Below, piece after piece: positions 12,531 through 24,739 of a stretch of 64,000 bases of DNA (its first letter is position 1; each line of letters begins with the position of its first letter). The DNA is from Selaginella moellendorffii (lineage: Eukaryota > Plantae > Lycopodiophyta): positions 3,046,559-3,110,558 of the forward strand of contig NW_003314268.1 of the NCBI RefSeq assembly GCF_000143415.4, given 5' to 3'. The position numbers and the translations under genes are program-made. The notes below the pieces were generated by a model. It was not told the DNA's origin. It saw only the letters and a program-made list of their open reading frames with translations, and made no database searches.

Positions 12531-12735
12531 CAAAGGCAGAAAGTGGGGGAGAGTACCCACAAGACTCGCATAGGACCACAACATTTCAAAATGTCATTCC
12601 AAAGTACTAGACTGTGGAAAGGAAAAGAAGTACTCCAAGCGAAAGGTGGGGGAGAGTACCCACGAGACTCACATAGGACCACAGTGTTTCAAAATGTCAT
12701 TCCAAAGTCCTAGATTGTGGAAAGGAAAAGAAGTA
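12531..12735 (+). repeat. ~100-bp tandem duplication inside the old LTR
   Basis: gtgggggagagtacccac...ggaaaggaaaagaagta occurs twice; single in copy 2. Confidence 0.85.
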
Positions 12736-13244
12736 ATCTTTTTTGTGCTACAGTTATATGGTGAGGAAGTTCCAAAAGTTGGTGGGACTTAATGATCAGG
12801 CTTTTAAACCTTGACTCAGTGTTGGCAAGTATGGTAGTGGATAAAGATTTGGTGGGAACTGAAAAAGGGATATTAGGGAAGGGTGTTCCCCATGTCTTCT
12901 AGCATTTTAAAGATGCTAAAATATGGTTGTGGGATGATCACTCATAGATAGATGGCCTACTCTTTGAAAGATGGGGTCTGTGATGTAGGTGGTCTTTGAC
13001 CACCGATGTAATATAACTGAATAGGCATGGCCTTAGCATAATGGGTTGATATCTTGGTGGTACCTTAGTGTCAGTCATAAAATCAGACAAGTGGAGCACT
13101 TGGTAAGTGGCATAGATGTCATTTACGAGGATAGCATGTTCTAAGTCAAGAATAGGATATATGGAGATGGCGAGCAAAACTCCTCCAAGTGGTCAAAAGT
13201 ATTCTTAAGTGACTAAAATAGAATGGAAAATTTAATTGCTTACA

Positions 13245-15920
13245 TGATAAAGTGTAAATCAATCAAATACCTTTGTCTAACAGACTTAAAATTCAAGCAA
13301 GAGTTAGAAACATATGCTAGAAAAACCTAAAGTATTGAAATAATTGAGCTTTATAACAAAAAAAAAAAAATGATTCAAAAATCTCTAGAACTGTTCAAAA
13401 AAATCTGGGAGTGAGTTATATAATAATAGCATTAGAAGTTTGTTGATCCAAGCCAACACTTCAAATTGCCATTATAATGCCTAGTTATCTTTGAAATATC
13501 ATATGTTAACCAAAACCACATGAAAACATATATATGGATGAGTATGGTTTACACAATATAGTATAATTATGCATGTCCTAGTGTTTTAAGGGATTATTGA
13601 AATTTGATATTGCTTTTACATTAGGACATTTTTAACGCTGCACAAAGTAAGATCCTAGCTGCAGGGACGACTTTTCTTCAATCATTTCTGTAAGAGTTAG
13701 AGCTTCTTGTCAAAGAAGGTGTAGAAGTGATATATAGTTTCCAGGAGGTTTTGAGTATTGCCAATTATGCTAAATCAAAGAGTTATTTATGTGATTCTTG
13801 AATTTAATCATTTTGCATAATGCAAGATTCTCAAGATGTCAAATAGTGATAAAATTAGATGTAGGAGATGCCATTAGGAGACAACTAATGCTAGTATTTT
13901 ATCTAAATTCATAAAGCTACATAAAAGGATTGAAAGAATGGTGTTTGAAAAACTAAAACTATCGAGCTTGATGGTTTACAAGTCCATTTAAGAGAAGTAC
14001 AATAAAATAAAGGGATTCAAGGAAAGTCATTACTATTGAAACTAAAAACACATATTTATAACTATATATTTTTCTTACTATTTTTGTAACTTGTTTTTGC
14101 AGACTCTATATTTTAGAAGCATGCATCATGGAACCAATACATACTCTTGCAATTAACAACTGCAAGAAAATCAATAAAGAGATTTTTAGAGTCATGATTA
14201 AAATTAAAACAAAGGTAAGGATGATGACTATTCACTCACCATTTTAACAAGATGATATAATGTTAACCACCATAAAATCTTTTTCTTGGCTCATGCAAAT
14301 GAATAAGGTTTTCTTTCAATGGTATACTTTATATGTGATAGCTATATTGGTTGGAGATGCCTTGATAGAATAGTTGAGGCTCATATTAAATATTATGACC
14401 ATCTTCTATAAGCCAGAGATTGACATTTGAGACCATATGGACAATTAAATCTATTGAATGGCAATTCATATATGTCTATATTATAGTAATATTTGGGACA
14501 AAATCTCACTGACAATATCTTTATTTATGAAGAGCATATAGTGCTAAAAGTGAGTTCCAGGTTTTGTATGAAATCCCCACTAATTGAAAATAATATGGTT
14601 GAAACATCATAAGAGGTGTGAACTAGGTTTTGGTATGATTTTTACTTAACTTTTTTTTTTCTACAGATCATTCTTCAAAAGTATGAATTTGCGAAAGATC
14701 AAAGAAACTAATAGGCTACTACCACTAGAAAGTCTGAAGAAGATCTTAGGATCCTACTTTATTACACTATAAATAAAAATTGTGCCCTTACAATTTATAG
14801 CCTTGTTGTGGAGAAAAAAAAAGGGATCCTTAGCTTATGTTTACATAAAACTAAAATCATTGTTAGCCATTTCATACCAATGATTACAAAATGTAGAGTT
14901 ATGTTCAGTTTGGAGGAACTCATAGAAAACAAAAATGGCCCCATCTTTGATGCCAACACAAATGCAATTTGAATTTTTATTATGTTTTTGGTTTGCTTAG
15001 AGTAGTGTAGAATATACTTGAATATTCTAGGATATTCCACTATCTAATGATTGTTATTCACTTGAATTAATCTCGTATTTGTAATTTTATAGATATAATT
15101 ATAACTTATAAACTTTCCTAAATATTTCCTTGTATATTCTAGTTTATTTAATGGTTGATATGTAATAAGATTAGTCTTTATAAACTTCCAGTTAATCAAT
15201 TATATTATTAAATAATAATAATCAATACTATTAAGCAAACCAAATGTTGCTACATGCAACATGCAGCAAATTATTATTATTTTACTTATCAGAAAATTTA
15301 TATTATTGAGACTTATTTAATAGCAAAGTAGTATAAGAATTCTAATTACAATGTTTAAGGCACTTTGTTTCTGTTTTTTTTCTTAAATAACACATTTTTA
15401 GGGTAGATAAATACACTTGATGGCATATTTTAACTCTTGATTTTATGCATTCTGATCATATATACAATCTTAATTTCCAGAAGTATTTTCCAACAACAGC
15501 AATATAAATTTTAGTTGAGGACATAGTAGAACTTTAAGGAAGGCTTGCCCATATTGTGGAGGTTACATTAATGCAAACTATATAGATCAAGTTGTTGGAG
15601 AGCATTGATAATGTTCCAAAAACTTTATACTTGAAAGATCCATCTTGCAATTCTTAGTGAATAATATTAAGTTTTTTGTTTACTTACATAGGCAAGTAAA
15701 CACTTTCAAGGATGGATGAGTTAAAGACATTGCCGTTTGATATTGGATAATATAGGCTTATAATAAACTGGGTAGATTAGATGGTCGGCTATGACATGAA
15801 TAATTTGATCAAACTATAATCTATATGAATAATTATATAGCATATAAACTCTAGAAAACTATTTGGATAACAATGTTTCAGTGAAAAATAATTTATTTGA
15901 AAAACTATAAACTATCTAGG
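13245..15920 (+). mobile_element. Heavily decayed CACTA/EnSpm-like DDE transposase region
   Basis: Residual peptides FLQSFL*ELELLVKEGVEVIY (13673-13735; compare the Transposase_21 pattern FL.PL..EL..L..EGV), CRRCH (13860-13874) and MEPIHTLAIN (14128-14157); intron-like AT-rich gaps; no termini identified. Confidence 0.55.
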
Positions 15921-16045
15921 CTATAAGAAAATTATGTGAAAAAGCCATATGAAAATGTATTAGTGCACTAGAGTAAAAATAACCATATAAAAATTTATAC
16001 ATAATGCTAAAATTATATTAAAAAAACAACCGGCATGGGAAAAGC

Positions 16046-16265
16046 CGTGTTTGATCGCTTCGTGGAGTCTGGACAGTGGCTCCAGTGACTTGGCTTGTGA
16101 CATGCTCATGGTCAAGCTCTATTGCCTGTGGAAGGAGCAATCGCTCATTTTGCAAACCATGGCAGCCAAGTTTGGCATTTCCTAGATTGTCAATGGACAA
16201 GCAAACAGGTGGCATTGTAGTGGCTACACTCGGCAGTGCAGCGTGGGAGTAGAGAGAAGATCGAG
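16046..16265 (+). pseudogene. PPR E-motif-like fragment, copy 2
   Basis: Homologue of 2215-2441 with a deletion and a stop. Confidence 0.45.
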
Positions 16266-16350
16266 GTATAGTTTCATATCAAAAATTGGAAAACCTGAAA
16301 ACACCGACATTTCTCAAGTGTTTATTGTTGGCTGAGCGCCTAAGTGATCT

Positions 16351-17436
16351 CTAGGAGGCACTTGCGTGCGTTCCACGCATTGAGCGCATCCTGGGGACTC
16401 CAGTTGATGACTTGACGACCAACAAGAGTCTTGAGCATGCCATCGTAGAACCTCTTTTGCCCCCTGGCAAGCTCCGCTTCACCGCCAAGGGTAGGCATCT
16501 TGTTATACCCTTGCACCGTCCTGCAAGTCTGTCAATACCAAAGTGCTTGGAAACGCGGCTCTTACCTGATGAAGAAGCGGCCAACCGGGTGAAGACCATT
16601 GGGGATTCTCATCTTGATCTTAGCGAAGTCCTTCCACGTTTCGAAGTTGTTCTGTAATTCGGTGCGGGTGAAGCTTGGAGTGAATTTCTTCGGATTCACC
16701 TCCATCTTTTCTTCCGGGAACTCTGCGCACACGACCACAAATAGCTAGACGGGCAGCCGTTTTTGCAGTCATTTACCTTGCAAGCTGGCCTGATCAACCT
16801 GATGGTTCTCCACCCAAACGAAACCATCTATTTCCAGGATTCCGTAATACCAGTCATCCTTGTCACGTCAGCGCTCATGATCCAAGTGACTAACTATTCT
16901 TACCATGGTGGTAACTGGCGGTCTGTAGCTCTTCGGACGCGCTGCTGTGTCCAGGAGTTCCTGTATGGCGTACATAGCTGGCTGGTAGAGATTCTCGACG
17001 CCCGCGTTGCGTTCGAAATCCAACGTCACCTTGAGCCGCAGGCCACGAAGCGTGTAGCGTTTAGTGTACACGTACATCTTCCAATCCGAATGGTGCTTCG
17101 GAGAAGAATTGCTCGCAGACTGAGGTTTATCAGCAGGTCATCTGTTGAAGAGTCCAAAGACTCTCAGAGTTGGGAAGGCGTCAACCTGGGTCGCCTGTCT
17201 TCCTTGTCAATCTCATACTGGAGCACAAAGTCCGCTTTTTTCTCAGATGGCGATGACGGGGGCTCCTTTTCAAGTTCGCGGGGCCTTGTAAAGCGGCCTG
17301 CATCTCTTCTTTGCAATCACCTTGGAACGCAGTCGAGTAGGCCACATCGTTGGCGATGAGCTTGTTGACGCAATGAAGAGCCTGACATCTCCACGGCAGC
17401 AAACCTATCGTATGAGGGCATCTGATGCTTGCATAG
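16351..17436 (-). pseudogene. Unknown spliced gene remnant, copy 2
   Basis: Homologue of 2540-3140; keeps a 3' segment (16330-16785) missing from copy 1 and lacks the 5' exons. Confidence 0.55.
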
Positions 17437-18098
17437 AGAAGAAATGATTTTAACTTTTTTTGATCTTCATGACTAATGGAGGGGAATATAAAAGTGTTCG
17501 TCAAGATGAAATTCCGGGGCTCTTTTGGACTGTGCTCAGGATATGTGGAGAGCAGAAAAGACAGGTAGTGCTAGAGGTCCTACCTGAATTGGAGAACCAT
17601 ATTGAAGTGGCCGATGCTCCAATGCTTGCTACTTGCTTGAGTAGCAGCTGGAGAATAGGCTTCCGGACTTTCCAAGCTGGAAGTTCTGGAGAGAAGCATG
17701 GCTATCCACCCACTCTTATAAAGTGTGCAAATTATTAATTTTTTCCTTGTCAGTTTACTAGGGGGGAGTGTATCACATAATTGTTTACCTGAAATCACAT
17801 TCAAATACTTATCAATCAGTTCTTTCAAACATTCTCTTCTGCTAATGTCATGATACAGTAATATTCTGTTGATCAAGTAATTCACAAACCTATATCTTGA
17901 AATCGAAGTGTTCGGTTTTGAAATATAGATAAGTTCTATAGCTCAACTCAATTAGAATGCCTGTGAGCTGCTATCTTAGAGCCGAGAGAAGTTCCACTTT
18001 ATTTTCAGTCTTGTCTTGGCAAATTTTACCATAGAGAAATCTCAAGCAGCCAATATAAAACCTTGCAAGAACCCTAATTTCTGGTGGTTATTTGGGCA

Positions 18099-19192
18099 AT
18101 GGTCGCAACTGGCGGTGATGTGCCGTCGCGTGGCGGAAATCCGTGGCGCCATCGAATGCTCGGAATGGATTCCTGGAAGCACGATCGAGATTGAATGCGG
18201 GCACATTCCGGCAACAGCAGCAGCAGCGAGGATTTCAAGTGATAACGGCAGCTACACGACTGTTCACAGAGAGTGGAAGCCGATGGTGAAATTGCGTGGT
18301 ATAGGGTTCTTGCCTCCTGATTTTCTTGTTTCCTCGCAACTGGCCCTGTGGAATTCAATTCCAATCTTAGCTTTGTCTTGTATCCCGATCCCAAGCTCCG
18401 CGCGAGGAACATCTGCATCAATTCCTTCGATGATAATGTCAAGAAGCTTATGCTGGACGTGACGTACAGGTATGTTCCTCGCGAATTTCATTACTGTCCA
18501 ACGTTGGCATGCCTTGTTTTCTTGTCTTTCTTTTCATTTTTGCCAGGAGAGATGGAGTAGGCTTGTCGACTCCACAATTAGGCAAAGGCAAAGGGTACGT
18601 TTTCGTGAATCCAATGATTGTCAAGTTTGGGAAAGAGCGAGAAGCTGATACTCGGCGCTCAAGCCGATGTCTAGGTACTATTCCTTTGTACATAGAAATT
18701 CTCTTTTATACCTTGCGTCTTTGTTTCCAGAGACTGATATCGATCCGAGTTGAAAGCTCAAGACATCAACGTTCAGGGGCTGGACTGCTCGAATTTTCCG
18801 ACATGAGTATGATCACCTGGAGGTAATGTCTCGTTTGTTTATTTTTTTTGTGCAAACATGAAGGTGGCCGTGGTATTTGTTCGCACAGGGTGTCCTTTAC
18901 ATCGACCAGATGACTCCAAAAGCACTGAACTCAATTGGACAAGAACTTTTGGTAAGAGATTCCATAGTTGTATGTGCCCTCATGTCGGCTTTGTTTGCAG
19001 AATCTGGAAGAGGAGTTTGAGAAGAGGTCTGGGACGCCTCGTCCCGATGCGGTTAAAGACAAACTGTTAAGTTTGATCCCGGTCGTCTCCTGTGAAGATG
19101 CTCGGTTCGATTACGCGCTCCGTTTTCAACTTACCGGAAACTTCAGCTGGCGAAGAACAATAAGCCTAAAAGCGAATCCAACCGGGCGGTGA
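18099..19192 (+). pseudogene. PDF1B: Peptide deformylase pseudogene, copy 2
   Basis: GVGLSTPQ and HEYDH present; EGCL motif deleted; shared TAG before the splice donor. Confidence 0.88.
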
Positions 19193-20237
19193 GTGCCTTG
19201 CTTTTATTTCCATCGTGACGATGGCTAGAAGCTGAACCTTTTCTCCTTTTCTTTTCTTGTGTGATATTTTTTCAGAGTTTCAGAGTTGACGATCCCGTGC
19301 CACACGAACTACCATCTGAAAGCGATATGGCCAACCTTCATATCATCCTGGTTAACGCTGAGAAGAGAATCAGAGCACTGACTGCCTCCAAAACTACATC
19401 GGTGAAAAAGGCCAGAAGAAGTGTGAAGAAGAAACATGGCCAGCTAAGTGAAGCTCCATTGGGCGGGCCTTTTGTGTTGCCTCTCTCGAGGAGCCCAAGG
19501 GGGAGCTCTTGTTTTCCTGAAGTTCTTCCATACCCGACAACGGTTTATAGCAGCAAGGCTGACGCAATGCAGTTCCGAGGAAGAGTTGTGGCCATCACGG
19601 GTTGATAGATGGAGGTTTAGCAGTTTAGATGAAGACCTTTCTATTGGCTCGAGCACTTCAGCAGATTTCGGTCAGATTACCGGTCAGAATTCGGTCTTAA
19701 GGAGAGAGAGTTTGGAAGTCCCATCTCTCGGAGCTTTGGGACGACTTCGTTATTCTCCAGGTGCTTTAATTCAAGCAAGATACTCGAGCAACGTTGCGGC
19801 AGAAAGAAAGTGCAGCGCTCCGGGCGAGGATGTGGTCCGAGTCTTCCGGACAGAGGCGCGACAATGAGGATATGTCCGGGAAACCAGGTGTATCAACACA
19901 GGGAAGGCCGAGTTGCGACTCAGGAATTCAAACGCAACAACAGAGGTGGCAGCGAAAGTTCCGAAAGACCAGCGTCCGGAATCGGGAGAAGCAACTAGAC
20001 GACGGCCAGGATGTTGAGATCGGCGTGGAAGGGTAGCAGGCAAAGTAAACAGTGTGGGCGCTAACCTCGTGTTTTTGCAAAAACTTGCAGGAGGATACGT
20101 GCGGGATTGAAGTTTCCGCGGTTGCCAAGTTGTTTCCAGAAGAACTCTATAAAATCCTCTTTTTGATAAGGAGTTGTGGTCATGTTTTCAAGCTATCCTC
20201 TTATTCTTCTCTTCGCTCTTGATCTTCGACATTGTGA

Positions 20238-21962
20238 CGTGTCGCAGATGATAGCTGCTATCTCGTAGCACACTATACGAGTGTGGTCGTACCTGTGGGC
20301 TCACATCTCGCATTCTTTGGACGTCGGGAGTGTGAACTTGGATTGGAGAGCGAGATTTTCTCTGTTTATGCTCTGGAGCGTGAGGTCTGTCTCTCAACCG
20401 CTGAAGCACTTTGGAAGATGGGTGGAGAAGGCAATTAACCTTTGTGCATCCAATGGAGGAATTCTCAGGACCTTGTATACTCTTTCGATGGATCCACAAG
20501 GTAACTAGAATTGATTTCACGGTGTTGACTTTTGATTGTGTGCTGTTCTTCCAGGGCTTGTTGATCCTTCCGAGGATTCGGAGAGCTACCTAACTTTCAA
20601 CGGCCACATGGAACCAAGAATCAGGCTCCTCCAAGCCCCTTCGTCTCAGCGTCTGTGTCTTTCATGTCCAGACTCCAAAGCGGTAGCAGATGTTTGTGCT
20701 ATGGCGTCTAACGTTGCGTATGAGAACCCAAAGTTCATCGAATTTGTCGTGAATCAGAATTGGAAGGTAAGTCCAAGCCTTGCACAACCTCTGACTCCAT
20801 CCGCTTCTCCTTTGCAGATGCATCTACTAGGAACTTACAACTGTTGGAACGGTAAGAGGTCGCTATCCAGTTTCATCTGACGTTGCCCTCACCCTTTCAT
20901 GCTACAGAGTTTCAGAAAAAAATCTCGACTCAAGCATTCATCTTTGCGGACCGGGAAACTGATGCCGGAGCCATCGTTCTTGCCTTCCGGGGAACGGAAG
21001 CCTTCAATGCATACGACTGGTGCACAGACTTGGATTTCTCCTGGTACGAGCTCCCGCAGCTCGGCCGTGTCCATCTCGGATTCCTCGAAGCACTGGGCCT
21101 GGGCGACAGGACCAGGATGCAAAGCTTCCAGAGGTTGAAGCAGAACATCTACGAGAACTCGAGGACTCCGTTGCCACAGACTCCAACATCTGGATTACCC
21201 GACTTTGTCCTCAGCGATGAGACGAAGCTGCTCGCATACGACCACATCAGCGCGGAGCTCGTCACCATCCTCCGGAACCACAGAAACGCAAAGCTCTACA
21301 TCACCAGTCACAGCCTCGGCGGCGCTCTGGCGACGCTCTTCACCGCCATGCTCTTCTACAACCGGGAAGAGAATCAAGTCTTTTACAACACCGAGGACGA
21401 CGTTGCCAGGAGGCTCGCGGCGCTCTATACGTTTGGCCAGCCCCGCGTTGGAGACAAGAGCTTTGCGTCCTTCATGGACACCAGCTTAAACAAGCCAACC
21501 ATGAGGTACTTTAGAGTTGTCTACAATAACGACATTGTAGCTCGAGTTCCCTTCGACAACTCTTTGTTTGGCTTCAAGCATTTCGGGAATTGCTGCTACT
21601 TCACTTACAACTACACCCTCCAGGTACTTTACTTCGAGACACTGCTCTCTGTGTAGGATCCATATTAACGTTCTGCACAGATCCTTCCGGACGAGCCATT
21701 TCCCAATTTCCTCTCCCCGGTTTACATGGTGCTGTCCCGGCTTTACGCGCTGTTCGAGCTCGTCCAGAGCTTCTTCATGAGCTATAGATATGGCGGGGAG
21801 TTTAGCGAGACGAGGTTGTCCACTGTGGCAAGGATTGCAGGCTTGCTCGTGCCTGGGATCGCCGGCCACAGCTTGGTGAATTACATCAACTGCGTCAGGC
21901 TGGGGCCCGACCATCTCGATCCGGCGTGCCTGCAAAACACGGAGTGGGATAAATCCCAGTAA
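20238..21962 (+). pseudogene. Class-3 lipase, copy 2 (5'-disrupted)
   Basis: Start ATG region deleted, 2-bp deletion at ~20281, GHSLG>SHSLG, KVAYEN>NVAYEN; downstream exons remain open. Confidence 0.8.
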
Positions 21963-22779
21963 GCATCGCAACTTGGTACATGTCAAATAAAACTTACACA
22001 TGGTGTCATTCAGAAAATATAAAAAATGAACACAATTACATTGCCTTCAAAACCGAATGCACAATGGAATTCTCTGTATGGAGACAGGGCTATTACTGGT
22101 GAAAGTGCAAGCATGGAATGAAACCATGCAATTTATCCTTACCACCCAGAAAGGAACCATAGACAAAGCACTGATGATCGACTCTATCCACCTCGACTAT
22201 GAGTTCCACAGAGGATGGTGGCATGACTGTGTGGCTTGGACTGCTTGTTGCAATCAGATGTCCTCTATTTCTTTAACTACAGCTCTAACTCTACAATATT
22301 TTTCCACTCCAAGATTGCCACTTGTGCAAGGAGTGCTTCCAAGTTGAAAATGTTGTTGATGACTGTCGAACAACATTGATTCAAACATTCAATCCCATGG
22401 TTTTCAGAGAAATGGATTAAATGGAAAAGAGGTCATCACACAGTGCCATCTGTGTCTTCTTCTACCAATCTGATTGGGCATGCCGGCTGTGACATTTGGA
22501 GAGCAAGATGTCTCAATGAACTGCGACAAAAAACCTCATTCTTTGGAGGCTAGAATGTCCATGAAGGAATTGCCTCTAAACCCAGCCATGTGGTAATACA
22601 TTGGTAAAAGTTTTTAAACAAATATAGTACTCAAAGTCTAGGCTATATAATATTACTATATATAAATATAAACCAATCTCTGAAATAGCTAGTGGCTTAT
22701 CATAATTAAAAAATTTAATTATTTTTTATTTTCTTCTATATATAAAAATATATCTAATTGTATTTAAAATTCATTTTTA

Positions 22780-23661
22780 ATGTCTATAATTTTAGTTCTT
22801 TTTATTTTAGTTATACATTGTAGAATTGTATTTGGTAAAATAGATATAGATTGGGGTAAAAATAATTCACTTACTGAAGAAGATATTAATATAATTTTAC
22901 AGAACATAAAAAGACTTGCACTAAAATTACATGAATCTCATCTTTATCCACAAAATTATGTTGATACTGATTTAATAGATATTGATGGAGGAGGTGTTGT
23001 TATAAGAATTCAACGTTTAGCTGGAAGTACTCCATATTGTTCTACAGGAATTTCAACTGGAAAACCAGTTTTAGGCGGTTCTCTCCAAAAATCAATAAAT
23101 GAAATAATTAAAAAGGTGATAAATGATTTAATACAAGCACTTTCTAGTGAATGTAGAATTGTGTCTAATAATTATCTTATTCGATATATATTAGTAACTC
23201 ATTGGAAACCCTTAAATTATTTAGAAAATATAAATATAGTTTTTAAATATTTTGAAAATTGTGATATTACTCTGACTACTTTAAGTGCTGGTTTCTCTGA
23301 TCATATTTTATATAAAGGTAAATTTTTACAATCCCCAAATCGTATGAATGTACTATATATCAAAATGAATTGTAAACTTGCATTTTTTTCTGGAAAAACT
23401 AATTTATGGGAATCTCCAAATAATGAATATTTTGGAGAGTGTTTTTTAGATCTGCAAAATGATGGTAATTTAGTGTTATATACTTCTAAACGAAATGTAT
23501 TATGGTCTCCCAATACGTATTGTTATGACAAACCAAACTGTTTACTTTTAACTTATATTACAGTTGAAGATAATTGTAAACTGGTGAGTTACTTGACAAC
23601 ATATCCAAGCAGAGCTTGGTGGACATTAGATTATTCTAAACATATTGGCTGCTTAAGCTAG
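22780..23661 (+). CDS. Secreted 293-aa protein: signal peptide, unknown ~150-aa domain, C-terminal bulb-type (GNA-like) mannose-binding lectin domain; intact and intronless
   Basis: Hydrophobic N-terminus (MSIILVLFILVIHCRIVFG); LWES...C.L.LQNDGNLVLY...LWSPNT with one canonical QxDxNxVxY site; 293 open codons despite roughly 25% GC. Confidence 0.85.
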   Translation: MSIILVLFILVIHCRIVFGKIDIDWGKNNSLTEEDINIILQNIKRLALKLHESHLYPQNYVDTDLIDIDGGGVVIRIQRLAGSTPYCSTGISTGKPVLGGSLQKSINEIIKKVINDLIQALSSECRIVSNNYLIRYILVTHWKPLNYLENINIVFKYFENCDITLTTLSAGFSDHILYKGKFLQSPNRMNVLYIKMNCKLAFFSGKTNLWESPNNEYFGECFLDLQNDGNLVLYTSKRNVLWSPNTYCYDKPNCLLLTYITVEDNCKLVSYLTTYPSRAWWTLDYSKHIGCLS

Positions 23662-23913
23662 AATTGTCTTACTGAATAGAAAATAATTTACTCTTCAAAA
23701 TGCAATAATATTTACAAGAATTGAAGAATCCGTCCTCTTCATTCCTCTTGACCTTCAAAACTAGCAGCCAAGGGGGACATGACTAGAAATCATGTGGACT
23801 TGCCCGCGCAGGTTTGAATCTGACGGTGATTTTCTTCATTTTCTTTTAATCACCTTACTTTGTTTACACATTTTGTACAAGTAAAACACACAAAAGTAAA
23901 GAGACCAAAGTAA

Positions 23914-24430
23914 CTAGTCCACATCGTCCTCAGTTTCTTCATCATCTTCAAACACTTCGTTGTTCCCCCCAGCATCGTTCATCAGATCATCCTGCCCCAA
24001 GGGATGATCACTCACTATCTTCCTGGATCTCGTGCTTGATTATCACTTTCCTCCCCACCAAGTTTGTCTCCACCACTGCTGCCTCTTGTATCCTCGTCAT
24101 TCCGCTCGATGTTCCTCCTCCTCCTCCTCCCGCTGCCACCGTCTTCTTTCTCTTGGCTCACAGCGCTGCTGTGGATGCCAGCCTTGAATTTCCTCCTCCT
24201 CCTCCCAGCCTCATCTTTCCCTTCCCGGGCCCCCGGACCAAATGCTCCGAATCACTGCCATCACTAAACTCATTGCTGCCATTGTGCTCCACCATCTCCT
24301 CCTTGACATGCCCCCTCTTGAGATGGAGGTTGAGCTTGTACTCGTAGAAGTAGCACTTGTCACAACCTTTGTAGGGGCACAGGAATGGTCGACCACCGCC
24401 GGTTGCTGCTGCTACTGCTGCTGGTTAGAG
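23914..24430 (-). pseudogene. 3' fragment of YY1-like gene, copy 2
   Basis: RPFLCPYKGCDKCYFYEYKLNLHLKRGH finger plus acidic tail ending EDDEETEDDVD*; internal TGA. Confidence 0.75.
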
Positions 24431-24739
24431 AAAAGCTGGGAAGGCACTCGACATATGCTCATTCTCTTCTGAACAACTGACACGGTCCAAGCAGCATCTG
24501 AAGAATTCCAGGATGTACAAACCGCGAGACACAAGTGAGGAGACAACGATGATGATGGCGACGATGGCTTACCTTCTTCTCTGAAGGAAACAGAAGGGAG
24601 GAAAAAATCTGCTGGCATCAAGTCTTTGTTGTTTTTGCAAGCGTGGTGCAAGTTCTAGTGGCATTTCCCTCAACTAGTGTGATGTCTAACTTGCTTAAGG
24701 TGGTCGATCCAATCAATCTCTTCCATGGTATTATATTAT

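Larger units (their letters stand above)
11010..13244 (+). mobile_element. Old 5'-truncated family-A LTR element: ~260 bp of internal 3' end, PPT and 3' LTR (11269-13244), copy 1
   Basis: GGGTGGTGGAGT PPT then TGTGAGAC...GCTTACA; degraded GAGATGGAGTCC array; present in all three unit copies, so it predates the duplication. Confidence 0.88.
627..14398 (+). repeat. Tandem segmental duplication unit, copy 1 (~13.8 kb)
   Basis: Collinear with 14399-26954 plus 43454-44242 and with 44243-54949; lipase offset to copy 2 is 14247 bp. The boundary is arbitrary, set where homology starts at ccatcttctataag. Confidence 0.92.
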
